Virus record (IMG/VR): IMGVR_UViG_3300028840_008185 | Span: 124,001-188,000 of that record | Strand: one strand, 5' to 3' | Length of the DNA: 64,000 nt | In this document: in pieces, positions 20,548 through 32,089 of the stretch | Position numbering within the stretch: the first letter of the stretch is position 1 | How the letters are laid out: each line of letters starts with the position of its first letter | Position numbers and translations under genes: made by a program | The notes under the pieces: model-generated | Databases searched by the model: none | Seen by the model: the letters and a program-made list of their open reading frames with translations, nothing else | What the model was told of the DNA's origin: nothing

Positions 20548-22572
20548 TCAAGGTTTCTAAAATGACGCATGAACCACAACGAAGAGCCCATTCTCCCAAC
20601 CACGGGAGTCAAAACACCCCAGAAAAACCTGGCATCATAGTAATCAAGACCAAATCTTCTTTCAAGACCTACTGATAATCCATGACGCGCAGGATTCCTA
20701 TTCGCCTCTATCCTACGTCTGGACAACAGGGTTATACTCATCGGTCGTCATGTTAAAACCACGAGCCACGCCCTCATGTGCCGTATTGACATCGTTCGGA
20801 ACGCAGAGCACATAGATTCTACCCGTAGTAGGACAAGTCACCCGCACAAAGCGCACCCTACCATCATCGCTCTCCAACTCCAGAAGCTCGCCATAGTTGT
20901 CCTGCTGAAGAACCTTGGCACCGCAAGCTTCAACCACTTTGTCCCAGCCGACAATCTCGCAAAGTGCTCGTCTCTGCTCCACGTTCGGGTGGGTAAAGGC
21001 TTCCTTGGGATCGATAGTCTCAGGATTCTCGATCCAATCCTTCTCGATCTGAACACCGTGCCACCAATACTGAGGCTCCTCCTTGCCCCAGATGATTGCT
21101 GGGCCAGTCTCCCGGTGGATACGGAGATCCTCATCCCGATAAGCCTCGGGGCGCATGACGCCAACCAGAAGGGAACCGAGATTGATGAGGAACCCAAGGC
21201 CAGCCTCGAAAGCCTCAAAGAGACTCTGCTCAAAGAACTCCTGGTCTTCCTCGCTCAGCTTGCTCTTGTCGGGAAGCTGCGAGTAGGCGGACTCATAGAA
21301 TGCCATGTCGTAGTAGTCCCAGATACAGGAGTAAGCTTCCTTGAGCTTGTCGAGTGTTTCTTTCTCCAGCTCCTCGACGCCCATCACCTCTTTTGCTCCC
21401 TCAAGAATAGCTTCGGTGGCTTCCTTGGGGGAATCGACCACGCGCACCACAACGCCTTCTTTCTTATACTGGCGCTTCTGGAGTTGCTCCAACACGGCGT
21501 CCTTGTTATACTTTCCGTCGAGAGAGAAAGCATCCAGCCACCGCTGGGCCTCCTTGCTTGCAGCTTCCAGAATCCTGTCTTTCTCAGCCTGATCCATTTG
21601 TCCTTCCTCCTTGGTTAAAAAGATGGCTCCATGCCAAAAAACATCCAATAGGCATCGCAATTAAAACTCGGACGAAACTTATCATTAAGCCCCGCATGGT
21701 AGAACGGGCAGAACGAAAAGTGAAGATCTATCCAATCTCTTAGATCAATCCTCATCATCAAACTCGATGTCGAAATAACTTTCGTAAAGAACATCCACTA
21801 ATGATTCCCGATTCATATCCTCCATTCCATTTGCTAAAATATTTACCATGAAGGGCATCACGAGCCCGCCCTCCCAATAGTAACAGCGGTCAGCCATGTC
21901 AATAGCCCTAATCAGCTCAACCCTCATCGTCAAATCCCGTCAAGCCAAAGTAGAACTCTCCCTTCTCTGTGTCAAACTCAGGGGAATAGTCAAACTCATC
22001 CTTGGGCGCGGGCCAAACATCCTCCCACTTGCTCTCTTCAATCATCTCGCCCCATCTCTGGTCAGTCGCTTCACCGTAGTCATGCTCCAGATACATCCCG
22101 CCCTCACGCCTGATCCCCTTAGCTCTGATTAGGAAAACCGAGAGGCAGGTAAAGATCATAGGGCCAGAACTCCAAGGTTCCGCCTGAACCACTTCCCTCA
22201 CATACTTTCCGTCTGGCCTACGCCATTCACCGAGACTCACTTCCTCACCGAACATGCCTCCTGTCCAGTTCTCGCTATTCTCCACCCTATCCCACTGCTC
22301 CGTCATTTTCTCTGCTTTTGCGGTGAGGCCAATATATTGCGTAGAGCGAGACATCTTTAACTCCTTCTGTTCCTCAAGGTTCTGTTCTCCTGCTGGAGAA
22401 TCTTCATACAGCCAAAGAAAAAGTTATGCCCGTTTAGATCGTAGAAGTGCTGCCTACTTCTAAGCAGAAGTGGCGTGATCGTGGGCCCAAGTATGTGCTT
22501 CAAGTCGTAATCATTTACCGGACTTGGACTCAAAGAGCCTCTAACATTAAAGGTTTGCCTCGGCTCAATCAT
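20538..22572 (-). CDS. Micro-ORFs flanking DUF6745: 20538..20741, 21615..21755, 21745..21927, 22357..22572
   Basis: Starts MSITL, MRIDL, MRVEL, MIEPR. Confidence 0.6.
20713..21597 (-). CDS. DUF6745-domain protein lacking the internal repeat tract
   Basis: VVDSP; RIHRETGPAIIW...YWWHGV; NVEQRR...IVGW; VRVTCPTTGRIYVLCVP...AHEGVA.GF...EY.P..QT. Start reassigned to the ATG at 21597 after AAGGAGG. Confidence 0.8.
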   Translation of the reverse strand: MDQAEKDRILEAASKEAQRWLDAFSLDGKYNKDAVLEQLQKRQYKKEGVVVRVVDSPKEATEAILEGAKEVMGVEELEKETLDKLKEAYSCIWDYYDMAFYESAYSQLPDKSKLSEEDQEFFEQSLFEAFEAGLGFLINLGSLLVGVMRPEAYRDEDLRIHRETGPAIIWGKEEPQYWWHGVQIEKDWIENPETIDPKEAFTHPNVEQRRALCEIVGWDKVVEACGAKVLQQDNYGELLELESDDGRVRFVRVTCPTTGRIYVLCVPNDVNTAHEGVARGFNMTTDEYNPVVQT

Positions 22573-23029
22573 CTTCAATCCCATGGAAAACCTTGAGAAC
22601 CTTCCTGTAAGCCAGACGGTTGGGAGTATAACGCGGTGAGCCATACATCCCGCCGCCGCTGAAGAACTGATCATCATTGCCGTTAAAGAACTTCGCAATT
22701 GCGGCAGCCACGCCAGCGCTTCTGCTCTGGCCAGCATCGCAATGGACAATAATAGTATTAATCTCACTAAAGTTATTCACGAAATTAACAATATTCTGGG
22801 CCATTTGGTTGTCGAAGAGAATGATGGGACCGAACGCGAGGCTTGTGGCCACAGATGGCTCGCCGTCAAGGTCGTGAAAAGGCACAAAGAATAGCGCCTC
22901 TGTGTTGTCATTTGTCACCACTTTCGGCTCCGAGTCCCCAGGGGTGAAGATAGAAATGATGATGTGCTTGTCTTGAACTTCGTTGCTCGTCTCTACCTGC
23001 TTCCTATTCCTTACGATCAGCTTCTTCAT
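22565..23029 (-). CDS. Protein-tyrosine/dual-specificity phosphatase-like protein
   Basis: IVHCDAGQSRSA (HCxxGxxR), FHD general-acid loop, C-terminal PN. Confidence 0.9.
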   Translation of the reverse strand: MKKLIVRNRKQVETSNEVQDKHIIISIFTPGDSEPKVVTNDNTEALFFVPFHDLDGEPSVATSLAFGPIILFDNQMAQNIVNFVNNFSEINTIIVHCDAGQSRSAGVAAAIAKFFNGNDDQFFSGGGMYGSPRYTPNRLAYRKVLKVFHGIEDD

Positions 23030-23498
23030 CTTTTTTCCTCGGCTTCGCCACATGGGGCGTTTGCCTATTCGCTATTTTCTTGATGAGCTTATCTGCTGCG
23101 CCGTCAAGAATCTTTCTAAGTTCTTCTTCAGCCTCAGATCTTTTCTTTTCCATTGTTCTTATTCTCCTGTAATACCAACCAGCGATTTTCTTAAAGCTGG
23201 TGTGGCATCTATTACGTGGGGGACGATGTTCATTTCTTTTTCTCTTCACAGCGGCATTTGGTCCCATGTGGTTTGATTTCACCACAACGGGAACAATCTT
23301 TCACCCAAACGCCTCCCTGAAGCCAATAGCCATCTTTAATCAGCCGTTCTGGATTCATACTCATCTCTGAACCTCCTATCGATCCACTTTTCGTATGCGG
23401 GGCAATTAACATCCCCTAGCTCAAGGCCAAGCTTACACTCGGCCAAATAGTCTGGATCATCCTCCTGCATACATTCGTAATAGAGATTTTCGCAATCA

Positions 23499-25072
23499 TC
23501 ACAAGGTCTTGGTGTGTTCATCCAGAATCTCCTTAACCATATGTAAAAGTGTTATACGCTCCTGAGGCTTCCACCAAAAATTACGCACAAAGACCACCAT
23601 AACTCCCAAGCTAAACAGCCTGAAAAAGATTGGTTTTTCGCTATTCTTCTGAGGCTCTAATCTCATCCCTCAACCTATCAAAAGCGTGTTCTGGAACAAC
23701 ATGCCCAGCTTTCCTGTGTTCTTCAAGATGTTCAAGAGCTTCTTCTGCTGTCTTCATCAAGGTGTTCTTGTGCATCGTACAGTTTGGGCATTCCACCTTG
23801 CCACCTCCACCCTTACAGTTAGGACACCAGCAGCTCTCGCACACTTCTCCGTCGCAGTCTGGGCAGTGATCATAGGGGCTAAAACCAACCTTTCCTGGTT
23901 TCTCGCCTTTCTCCTTGGCCTTATCTGACAGGCGAACATACTCCTGCCATCGCAAGCCGCCAGTGAAAATCGTATTCCCAAGAGGAGCCAAGCGACAAGC
24001 GCAGCACTCAAAGCCACCTTCAAATGTCTCGAACAGATATACATCACCATTCGAAAATCTACAGTAAGCCATTCTTAACCTCCTCTCTCGTCAGCTCTAG
24101 GAACTCCCAAGCAACAGGCTCTTCATTCCAAAAATCCCTGGGCTCGTAGTACAGCATAAATATCTGCTCAAGGACATTGAAAAGAACATCTTCATCGTTG
24201 CGAGGGGTTTTACGGATTTCGATTTTCATTGGCCTTGTCCAAAGAACGCTCTAAAATCAGATAGAAAACCATGGGTTCGAGAAGATCCAACGAAAGCACC
24301 GACTCGGAAATATCCCACCACTCATCATCGCCGCATGAATCGTAAAGCCAGTCGTGAGCTGCATATGGATCATGACTTCTAATCTCAATCTTCATCGAGC
24401 CCATCCGATAGTGTTGTCTCTAGTTCTATGCGACAGATTTCGGCTACAAGGTCAAGAACCTCGTGTAGCTTCGAAGTCTTATCCAGCATAGGTATGTCGT
24501 AGTAATACCACAACCAGTCATCCCAAACAATTGGGTCATGTTTTCTGACTTCAAGCTTCATGATGAGGAACCTCCGGAGCATTATACGTGGGGAGCACCT
24601 TGGCCCCCAAACATTCCAGCGTATTTCTAAGAAAGAGAATCATACCCTCAAATATATCGCCCAGGGGTTCAGGATGCTCATCGAATTTCAAGACCCCAGA
24701 CTTCTCAGATCTGCGGGCTCTACAGAGTTCTATCATCAAGTCTTAACTCTCTTTCAAGCATGTCGTTAAGCTCCAGCGCAACGGGATCTAACTCACTAAT
24801 AATCTCATTAACAGCGTCATCAAAATTGTATCCATCAATGACACGGAGATGTTCATCTCTTTTAGTGTCCCAGTGACCTGGGCCAATTAAAACTTTGATT
24901 TCCATAGTGATTTCTCATGTGTTCCGCTAAGCACGAGCTTCTCAACCATGTCAAGCAACTGTGATAAAGTGGGATCTAGTGGTCCGATGACATTACCTAT
25001 TACGCCTTCTATGTTAATATCGACATGGAACAAACTCCTGTGCGTTGGACCAAACCTTTTCTTTATTTCCAT
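23499..25072 (-). CDS. Micro-ORF array: 23499..23666, 24059..24229, 24210..24395, 24385..24561, 24551..24739, 24720..24905, 24887..25072
   Basis: Starts MRLEP, MKIEIRK, MKIEIRSHDP, MKLEVRKHDP, MIELC, MEIKV, MEIKK; adjacent pairs visibly homologous. Confidence 0.7.
23641..24072 (-). CDS. Hypothetical Cys/His-rich phage protein
   Basis: MAYCRFS..DVY...CCAC...HLEEHRKAGH.VP; CxxC insert. Confidence 0.7.
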   Translation of the reverse strand: MAYCRFSNGDVYLFETFEGGFECCACRLAPLGNTIFTGGLRWQEYVRLSDKAKEKGEKPGKVGFSPYDHCPDCDGEVCESCWCPNCKGGGGKVECPNCTMHKNTLMKTAEEALEHLEEHRKAGHVVPEHAFDRLRDEIRASEE

Positions 25073-25082
25073 TTTGTTCCTC

Positions 25083-25159
25083 GGCACCCCCGGAGAGATT
25101 TGAACTCCCGACCAAAAGCTTAGAAGGCTTCTGCTCCATCCTGGCTGAGCTACGGGGGC
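25083..25159 (-). tRNA. tRNA-Arg(UCU)
   Basis: Full cloverleaf; anticodon arm GAAGC-CTTCTAA-GCTTT; T-loop TTCAAAT. Confidence 0.92.
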
Positions 25160-25332
25160 GGGTAAGCTATTTACGTCGCCATTGTTTCCTAAAATATCTC
25201 CTCAGTGTTGGACGAAAGACTGTTATTAGGTATGCGTCCAACATTCTCCACACCGCTGCCCCTGCAAAACTCCTGTTGCTTTTCAGCATATTGAAAATCC
25301 TGGCACCAGGGCGTCTTGACTCAATCATGGCC

Positions 25333-25884
25333 TCACTTCTTACGAATCAGGACCGTTGCCGCACCACTGCGCACCACACGATTTTTCTCATAATCGACCT
25401 TGACCGGGCCAGGATAGACTGTCACCTTCGTCTCAACATAAACAGGCTCAAGATTCCCAGCTTCTCCAAGACACATAACCCAGGTGGCTGCCGTGTTCTT
25501 AGAAGCAAAGATTCCGTTGGGTTCCGCCTGCTCGATGCTCGTTATGGAGTGATGGGAATGCCCTGTGGGCATAAGTGGGTTCGTTAGGCTCGTGTCGTAT
25601 GGAATCCCGTAGCCATAGCTCGGGCAATCTCCCTCAATCATACCACGATCCGACCGCCATACGGAATGAGTGGCTGCCTTTTGATTGCGCACCTTATACA
25701 GCTCAACCACAAGGTGGCGTTCCAAAGACCAGTCAAAGCTCGGAATCGGCTGGCCTTTTGAATACTGGCTCTGCTGCCGCTGCACCCTCTTTACGTCTTG
25801 CTCTTCCGCACTGTCCTGCACTTTACAAGACGCAGCGACCAACATTACGACTGCAATAGCGATTGTCAAGATTGTTGTCTTCAT
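25333..25884 (-). CDS. Putative lipoprotein (QAEPNG motif)
   Basis: Lipobox AASC; GYGIPY, QAEPNGIF and TWVMC motifs. Confidence 0.75.
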   Translation of the reverse strand: MKTTILTIAIAVVMLVAASCKVQDSAEEQDVKRVQRQQSQYSKGQPIPSFDWSLERHLVVELYKVRNQKAATHSVWRSDRGMIEGDCPSYGYGIPYDTSLTNPLMPTGHSHHSITSIEQAEPNGIFASKNTAATWVMCLGEAGNLEPVYVETKVTVYPGPVKVDYEKNRVVRSGAATVLIRKK

Positions 25885-26231
25885 AGCAAACCTCTCAGCT
25901 TTCTCTCAGCGGTTTTGATGCGGATGCGGGCGGCTGTCGCCTGCGCTTCCAGATTATAGCGAGTATCCTCGTCCAGTCTTGGGTTCCTAAGCTTGGCCTC
26001 GATCTCTGCCAGCACAGCTTTGTCAGTGGCAATCTGCGACTTCAGGGCCTCGACACGCTGGTATGAATTCTCAAACACCTTGCGTTCCACCACCGTATCG
26101 CCAAAGACACCGAGACTTCTCAGGCCAAAGCCCACAGCACCCAGAACCACAACAGCAATGACCACAAGCCCCAAGATGCGCCAGAAGGTCCAGCGCACAA
26201 CTTTCATGTCGGATCGGTAATCGTCATACAT
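25881..26231 (-). CDS. Membrane-anchored coiled-coil partner of the lipoprotein
   Basis: TM segment, R.VFE.S motif, ATGA coupling. Confidence 0.7.
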   Translation of the reverse strand: MYDDYRSDMKVVRWTFWRILGLVVIAVVVLGAVGFGLRSLGVFGDTVVERKVFENSYQRVEALKSQIATDKAVLAEIEAKLRNPRLDEDTRYNLEAQATAARIRIKTAERKLRGLL

Positions 26232-27753
26232 CCTTTTCCTCCGCCTTCTTGTCGTAGTATTCCGCTACGGCCTTAAGAATTGCCTCTGTGTATGCTCCGT
26301 TAGAAGCCCAGAGATGCTTCCACACGTTCCTCTCAGCCTCTCGCGCAGCGAGATATGCCCCCACGTCATCCCTGATGCTACGCACAATGGAAGCCATATC
26401 GCTGTGGTCAAGTTGAACTTTCATTTCTTTTTCTTCTCCTCCGAGGGCAAAAACCTTTTATAGTAGGAGAGCTTGTTGTATGAGTGAGAAGGTATAATAT
26501 CTCTCCAGGCTTCTCGCCACCGTTCTGCTAGCGCCTCCACTGAATTCTCAGGCAGTTCTTTACACCTTTCGTCGCAACCCTCACAGTTATGCAGCCTCTC
26601 AAGATCCGTCTCAGCGAAGGCACAATAGAAGGATGAGACGAATAGGCACTCGCCATATAGGCTTGTCAATCGGTCAAACTCGCCTGTCCTAATGCCCTCT
26701 CTAACTACACCGATATGATGCAGCCACCGCTCTATCACCCATTTAGGCTTAACAACCATCGGCTTGTGGCCATTGAGGATGGCATATTGATCAGAGTTCC
26801 CAATTCCCGTCAACCTTGGCCAAGCAAGGGGACAGCCAGGGCTACCAGCCCAAATACCAGGTGCGTAGACCATCTGTTATCCTTCCAGGCTTTCATCTTA
26901 TTCGATCTCATTTCCATCTTCATCGAAGATTTCACCAGCTGGAATAAAGGCTAGGCACTTTCCTTGCTTATCATGCACGGTGAATTGAGTTTCCTCATCG
27001 GTAAAGCTGGATTTAGATGCAAGCTCCCTAGCCTCGTCCAGATCTTCCACCTCAACTTCAACGACCCCTGGATAACAAATATCTCCATAAAATCTGACTT
27101 TCATTATCGCCCCTTCTTACCGAAGTCTTCCCTCAAATCATCAATCTTCTCTTCCATCTCACTACACTTCTTTGCCCCTTCCTTATCATTGGCATTGCCC
27201 GCCCTGTGGCCAGCCTGCTTAACATACTGCTTGGCCATGTCTAGATCGTCATCGATTTGCTTGAGAGTCTTGTTAGGCATTTGTTTCCTCCTGCATTATA
27301 AAATGAATCCATCTTGCGCTCGCATTCCACAAATTGTTTCTAATTTTATACGCCTGGCAGCGAGCATAAAACTCCAACATATCGAACCTGCTTTTGGCAC
27401 GAATGGTGTCTATGGGTGTTATTTCTCCTGTAGCTCGCAATCCTCGCACTCCTTAGCATCTCGTTCCCTCTTAGCAAACGGGCAATCCTTATACTTGAGC
27501 CCGTGATGCCAGAGAATATGCGGAGAGCCAGGGCAATAGAAGTGCCCATGTTTGTTAGGCTTCCCACCGATCTTAATCTTTCGTTTCTTCAAACCTTTCC
27601 TCCTTTTATAACCTTGGAAATAAGTAGGCACTTCCAGCGATGAAAGCGAAGAAAAGAACGTATAGGAATCCCGCAGTCACAACGGACGCTTGTTGAGTGG
27701 CCAGAACCAAGAACAGACATGCGACCATGGCGCATAGGATCCCGAGAGCTATT

Positions 27754-28338
27754 CTAATCATTCCCATTTTTCCTCTTCCATTCTCTCCATTCTAACATAC
27801 TATTCAACGCATACATCATGAGGTTGGGGCGGCTAGAAAAGTTCAGGCTTAGCTTAGAATAGAGGATGCGCTCTATAATGGAAAGTTTGGCTTGCACACC
27901 CCAAATCATATAGCGAAAGGGACCTCTGTGTTTTATTTCCACACTACACCCAAGGCCCCATGGACGGCCACACTCCATATTTGATCCTCTCAAACATGGC
28001 ACCTGGCTCCCAACTACGCAAAGTTCTTAAGATTTCGCTGAACCATGGAGAAAAGCACCTAATCCACATATCCCTTTGTATATGCTCCATGCTCCCTTCA
28101 AACGATTCTCTTTCCCAAGGCTTCCAGGCAGTCACAGTTAAAGGCTTCCATTTTCCTACTTTGATTTCCATATCGCATCCGCAAGCCAAGTGAAGTCCAT
28201 CAGTGTGGAAAGATGTATGGGCGCCAGCCTGCGGCGTCCGTCAAGACGCCGATAAAAACGATTCTCATCAGGCGACGGCCATAGTTCCAAAAAGAAAATG
28301 CTTCTCCTATTGTGAGGAGGAATTAGTCTAATTTCCAT
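27754..28338 (-). CDS. Micro-ORF array: 27754..27942, 27944..28171, 28156..28338
   Basis: Starts MEIKH, MEIKV, MEIRL. Confidence 0.65.
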
Positions 28339-28340
28339 AA

Positions 28341-28378
28341 TAAAAATGGGGCCATGACCCCAATTGGTCATGGCCCCG
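28341..28378 (-). terminator. Intrinsic terminator
   Basis: GGGGCCATGACC-AATTGG-GGTCATGGCCCC followed by ATTTTT. Confidence 0.85.
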
Positions 28379-28384
28379 TGGGTT

Positions 28385-28738
28385 TTACGCCGAGGCGCCA
28401 AGCAGCTTCTTAGCCGCAGCGTCCGCATCGAACTTGGGCTTCTCAGCCTTCTTCTCGGGCTCCTCAGCGGGAGCATCAACAAGCACAGAGCCAATGTCGT
28501 TCAGAACGACATTCACAAAGGCAGTCAGGTTCCCGTTCTTAGAGATCCGCACCGGACCTTCGAACACAACCTCTTCCTTAGTCTCGGGATCAATCAGAAC
28601 CTTCCTGAGCTTACAAACCTTACCGTCATCGCGCTCAACGATGGCTTCCTTGACCTCCTGGTTCATGGTCTTCTTGGTTCCGCTAAGAGTAAGGTGACCA
28701 CTCAGACGACCCTTCAACTTCACATTCTCGTTACTCAT
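28385..28738 (-). CDS. Hypothetical, probably abundant protein
   Basis: Strong RBS, GC3-rich codons, own terminator and long leader. Confidence 0.75.
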   Translation of the reverse strand: MSNENVKLKGRLSGHLTLSGTKKTMNQEVKEAIVERDDGKVCKLRKVLIDPETKEEVVFEGPVRISKNGNLTAFVNVVLNDIGSVLVDAPAEEPEKKAEKPKFDADAAAKKLLGASA

Positions 28739-30197
28739 GTTCCTTCTCCTTGTGGGTTGGTTTGCGCCAACCAGTCGTGCTGTATCGGCCCCGCGTATTA
28801 GGGTGCGGGTAGGTTTCCAGCAATTGCCCATCGGCCTTTATTTTTATCCTGGCATCGCCTATGCTTTCGCCAGCTTCCTCGCGAGCTTTCTCACGACAAG
28901 AGCGAAAAAAGCTCGATCTCCCCCTCTACATGCGCAATTTTTTAATCTACCAACGCGTCTTCTCTTCTTCGTCAAAGCTAAGATCCTCGCCCGTATCCGC
29001 AAGAATCTGATTGATGAGAGCCTCGACTTCCTCCAAGCTAACGCCATTAGAAAACAGATCTCTTGCGAACCCCAGAGCCATCAATTGCTCGGGATATTCG
29101 TCAAACCCACTTGCCTTGAGAAATTGTTTCAGTTTGTTCATGGCTCACACACCGGACAGTGTTTTACATTTTGGAAAGGTTCTTTGAGAGGCCGGTTACA
29201 CTTAGCGCACCGCGTTGCGTTATGCCTGCTGTTGAGCCTCTTCAATTCCTTATCGGTGAAATCTATTTCTGGAGCAACATCGGCACGAATGAGCATGGGC
29301 ACCTTAGATTGACTTCCACATCCTTCTTCGTTAATGCCCCTTGTTTGGATGCCTCCGTTATGATGTTCCAGCCCAACTTCCCAAAATTCATCGCACCTTC
29401 TAACCCATACCACAAAAAAGAGATCCTTTGCCACGTTATAAGAAGAAACGTTCAAGAAGTAATCGGGGTGCCACCTCACCCTTGTTTTAACCCCAGCCAA
29501 CTCCCTGAGTTCTTTCAAAGTCAAGTGTTCCATGTTTTCTACCTTAACTGCTCGCTCTTTCTTTCACCATCCCGTCAAACTCTTGGAGTTAATGACGCGG
29601 CGCTCCACAAGCTTCCTCTCTTCGTCTTTGTTAGTCCAATACACCATGAGCTTAATCCCATCACCACACGGCTCAATCTCAAGTGTATGGCCAGGGCAAA
29701 GCTCCCGAATGATCCTCTCTTCGCCATCCCACTTAATCTCTTTCATTGGCTCCCCCTGAGCAAAGCGCCAAACATATACATAAGCTGGCGATGCTCGTTT
29801 GATATTGCGCCAAACTTACCGAAGTAAGCCTCTGCTAAACCCTCCCAAGGATCCCGGCTAGAATCGTCCAGGATGTCTATGACATCATTCCACGGCAACC
29901 CCAAAAGCTCAGCCACTAGCTTGGCGCTAAACTTGGGGTTGTCTTCTTCAAGCAAGTCACCAGACACAGAGCACGCATGAAACTTATTGGCTCTAAGCAT
30001 CTCAAGAATCCAGGACAAAACCGACCTGTCTTCCACATCCTCTTCCATATGAACATCAATACGAAAAGAATGTGTAGTGCCAGTCATCCTTCTGCCCAAA
30101 GTTCTGTAAGGCATCTCACCACCCCGCCGCGATGTGTCGCACTATCGGCCACAAGTAAATACCAAAGCCCGCTCCAAAAGCAAAGCCTATGAGAAAC

Positions 30198-30605
30198 TTA
30201 ATCATTTCTTTCTCCATGTCTTTTGACGTAATAATATGTGAGTGCTCGCTTGAGAACCTTTCCCTTTTTTCTTTTAACTACGTGGAGATCTCGATAGTGG
30301 CTCCATTTGTTATAAAGATTATCATGGCTAACCACAACGACCTCAACGCTTCTCCATTGTGGCCTAAATGCAATCCCATATGTAGGATCTCCATTGCGGT
30401 TCTTATCTGTCACAAGGATCGTCCAGCCGTTTTTAGGCCAGTAGACTTGTCTATCCCAGCCCATAAGAAACTCAAGCATCACATCGTCAAGATCAGGAAT
30501 CTCCTGCGGGCCAGTTTTCTCAACCCTTTCCTGAGCCTTTTTCAGCTCGACAACCAAGGCATTGTTCTGTGCCATAGCTGCGCTCAGGTTGTCTTTATAG
30601 GTCAT
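30198..30605 (-). CDS. Hypothetical protein with YKD/YRD coiled-coil N-terminus
   Basis: MTYKDNLSAAMAQNNAL. Confidence 0.65.
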   Translation of the reverse strand: MTYKDNLSAAMAQNNALVVELKKAQERVEKTGPQEIPDLDDVMLEFLMGWDRQVYWPKNGWTILVTDKNRNGDPTYGIAFRPQWRSVEVVVVSHDNLYNKWSHYRDLHVVKRKKGKVLKRALTYYYVKRHGERND

Positions 30606-30810
30606 CTCAAGTCTCGTTGATTTTACAGAAGTCTCCAGTAGCACGGATGATTTTAACAGCCACTATATCTCTAAACCTATAGGGATCAAGCTCTTTGGAC
30701 AGCATTTCAGCTACATCCCCGGATGTTGCAGCGACCACTGCGAAATCCACGCAGCCGCCATCAGCAAAGAAATAGTGGGCTGCCCAAAGAAACCTTGGCT
30801 TAATCATCTC

Positions 30811-31239
30811 CTACTCCTCCACCCAGACATACCCTTGCCGGGGAACATCGCCCTCACGCTCTTCGGGCTTGATTTCGTTGGCACGAATAACGAGAACGTG
30901 ATCCTGTTTCTCGTATTCCGCGAGAGGGATGAGGCGTGCATCCCTATTGTATCTCTTATCCGGCTTTTCGATGTATTTCCCCTTCTCACTGTCATAGGCA
31001 CAGTTCCGGTGGTAGCCGCTGAGCTGCCTGAGAGATTTTTCCTCTGAGATAGAGTAGTCGCTGCCACAACAAGTACAACTCACACGCTCAGGATTGTGGC
31101 CAAAGCGATTATAGAAAATCACCTTAGCTTCTTCCTCGGGGGCCTCGATATAGATCTCAGCCCAATCCTCTTTACAGCCACCACCACTATGCATGTCCCA
31201 AAACAGAGTCCAAGACATATTAAATCCTCCTCGCCACAT
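30811..31239 (-). CDS. Conserved-looking phage hypothetical protein
   Basis: FWDMHSGGG.KE, FYNRFG.NP.RV.CTCCG.DY. Confidence 0.7.
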   Translation of the reverse strand: MWRGGFNMSWTLFWDMHSGGGCKEDWAEIYIEAPEEEAKVIFYNRFGHNPERVSCTCCGSDYSISEEKSLRQLSGYHRNCAYDSEKGKYIEKPDKRYNRDARLIPLAEYEKQDHVLVIRANEIKPEEREGDVPRQGYVWVEE

Positions 31240-31597
31240 CGGGCGGCACGCAGAGCATCAGGGTTCTGCCGTTGTCCCACTTCACACCATACTGGGTAAA
31301 AGACTGGCCAGGACCCATATTCACAGGGTTCTTGCCGGTAATCGTTCCCCTACTTCCCGAAGGGAGAGGAGAAGGATCATCGGGCATAGAAATCAATTCA
31401 ATCCTGTCGCCTACATCAAACATCCTACCAACCTCCAGCTTCTTTGTCGGCTCGTTGTTTCTTTCGTCTCAGAGTCTTGGCTTTATTCTTAGCCCGCCGC
31501 ATCTGCTTCTCACGCTTTTTATACTTGATTTCTTCTTCTCTGGCCAGTTCCATTTCTTCCTCAGCAACGGCGAGCGTCATATAGTATTCATCTTCGG

Positions 31598-32089
31598 TCA
31601 TCGCAGATATTCCTGATACTGTTCGAAGTGCCTACCCCAGTCCTCAACGAACTCTTTCGACTCCTTGAGGCCCACATCATTGAGTCCTCGATGAACCTTG
31701 ATGGCCTGAATCTTCTTGCCCGAACGCATAGCGTGAGCTGCCTCTCCAGTCAAGCCACCACAGCCAAGACAAGTCTCGCAGTGCTCAAGAGCCAAAGGGC
31801 GCCCATCTATAGTTTTGCGGGCACAGTAACCTGGAGCCCTCTTGCTGGGATCCGCAGACACCTGGCTCTCACGTATGGAACTCAGCATATTGAGAGCTTC
31901 ACTAATGGCCGTGCAGAAATTATCAAACTCGGGGCCGGTCAAAGTGATTTCAATTTTGTCATCCTCATCTGTCTCATCTTCACAGATAAAGGAGACGTTA
32001 GGCATCTCAGGATCCCCGACCATCAAGAGATCCCTGAAGAACCCACAGTTCTCGAAAGCCAAACACAAATCAATGCTTTTAAGCTTCAT
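31598..32089 (-). CDS. Protein with C-terminal ribosomal L7/L12-CTD-like motif
   Basis: GKKIQAIKVHRGLNDVGLKESKEFVE preceded by HCETCLGCGGL. Confidence 0.7.
   Translation of the reverse strand: MKLKSIDLCLAFENCGFFRDLLMVGDPEMPNVSFICEDETDEDDKIEITLTGPEFDNFCTAISEALNMLSSIRESQVSADPSKRAPGYCARKTIDGRPLALEHCETCLGCGGLTGEAAHAMRSGKKIQAIKVHRGLNDVGLKESKEFVEDWGRHFEQYQEYLR

Noticed and set aside
20713-21660. ORF-track starts for several genes (21660, 51576, 40060, 60758, 36558, 61822)
   Set aside because: The extensions run through upstream genes or tRNAs; downstream ATGs with RBS or coupling are more plausible.
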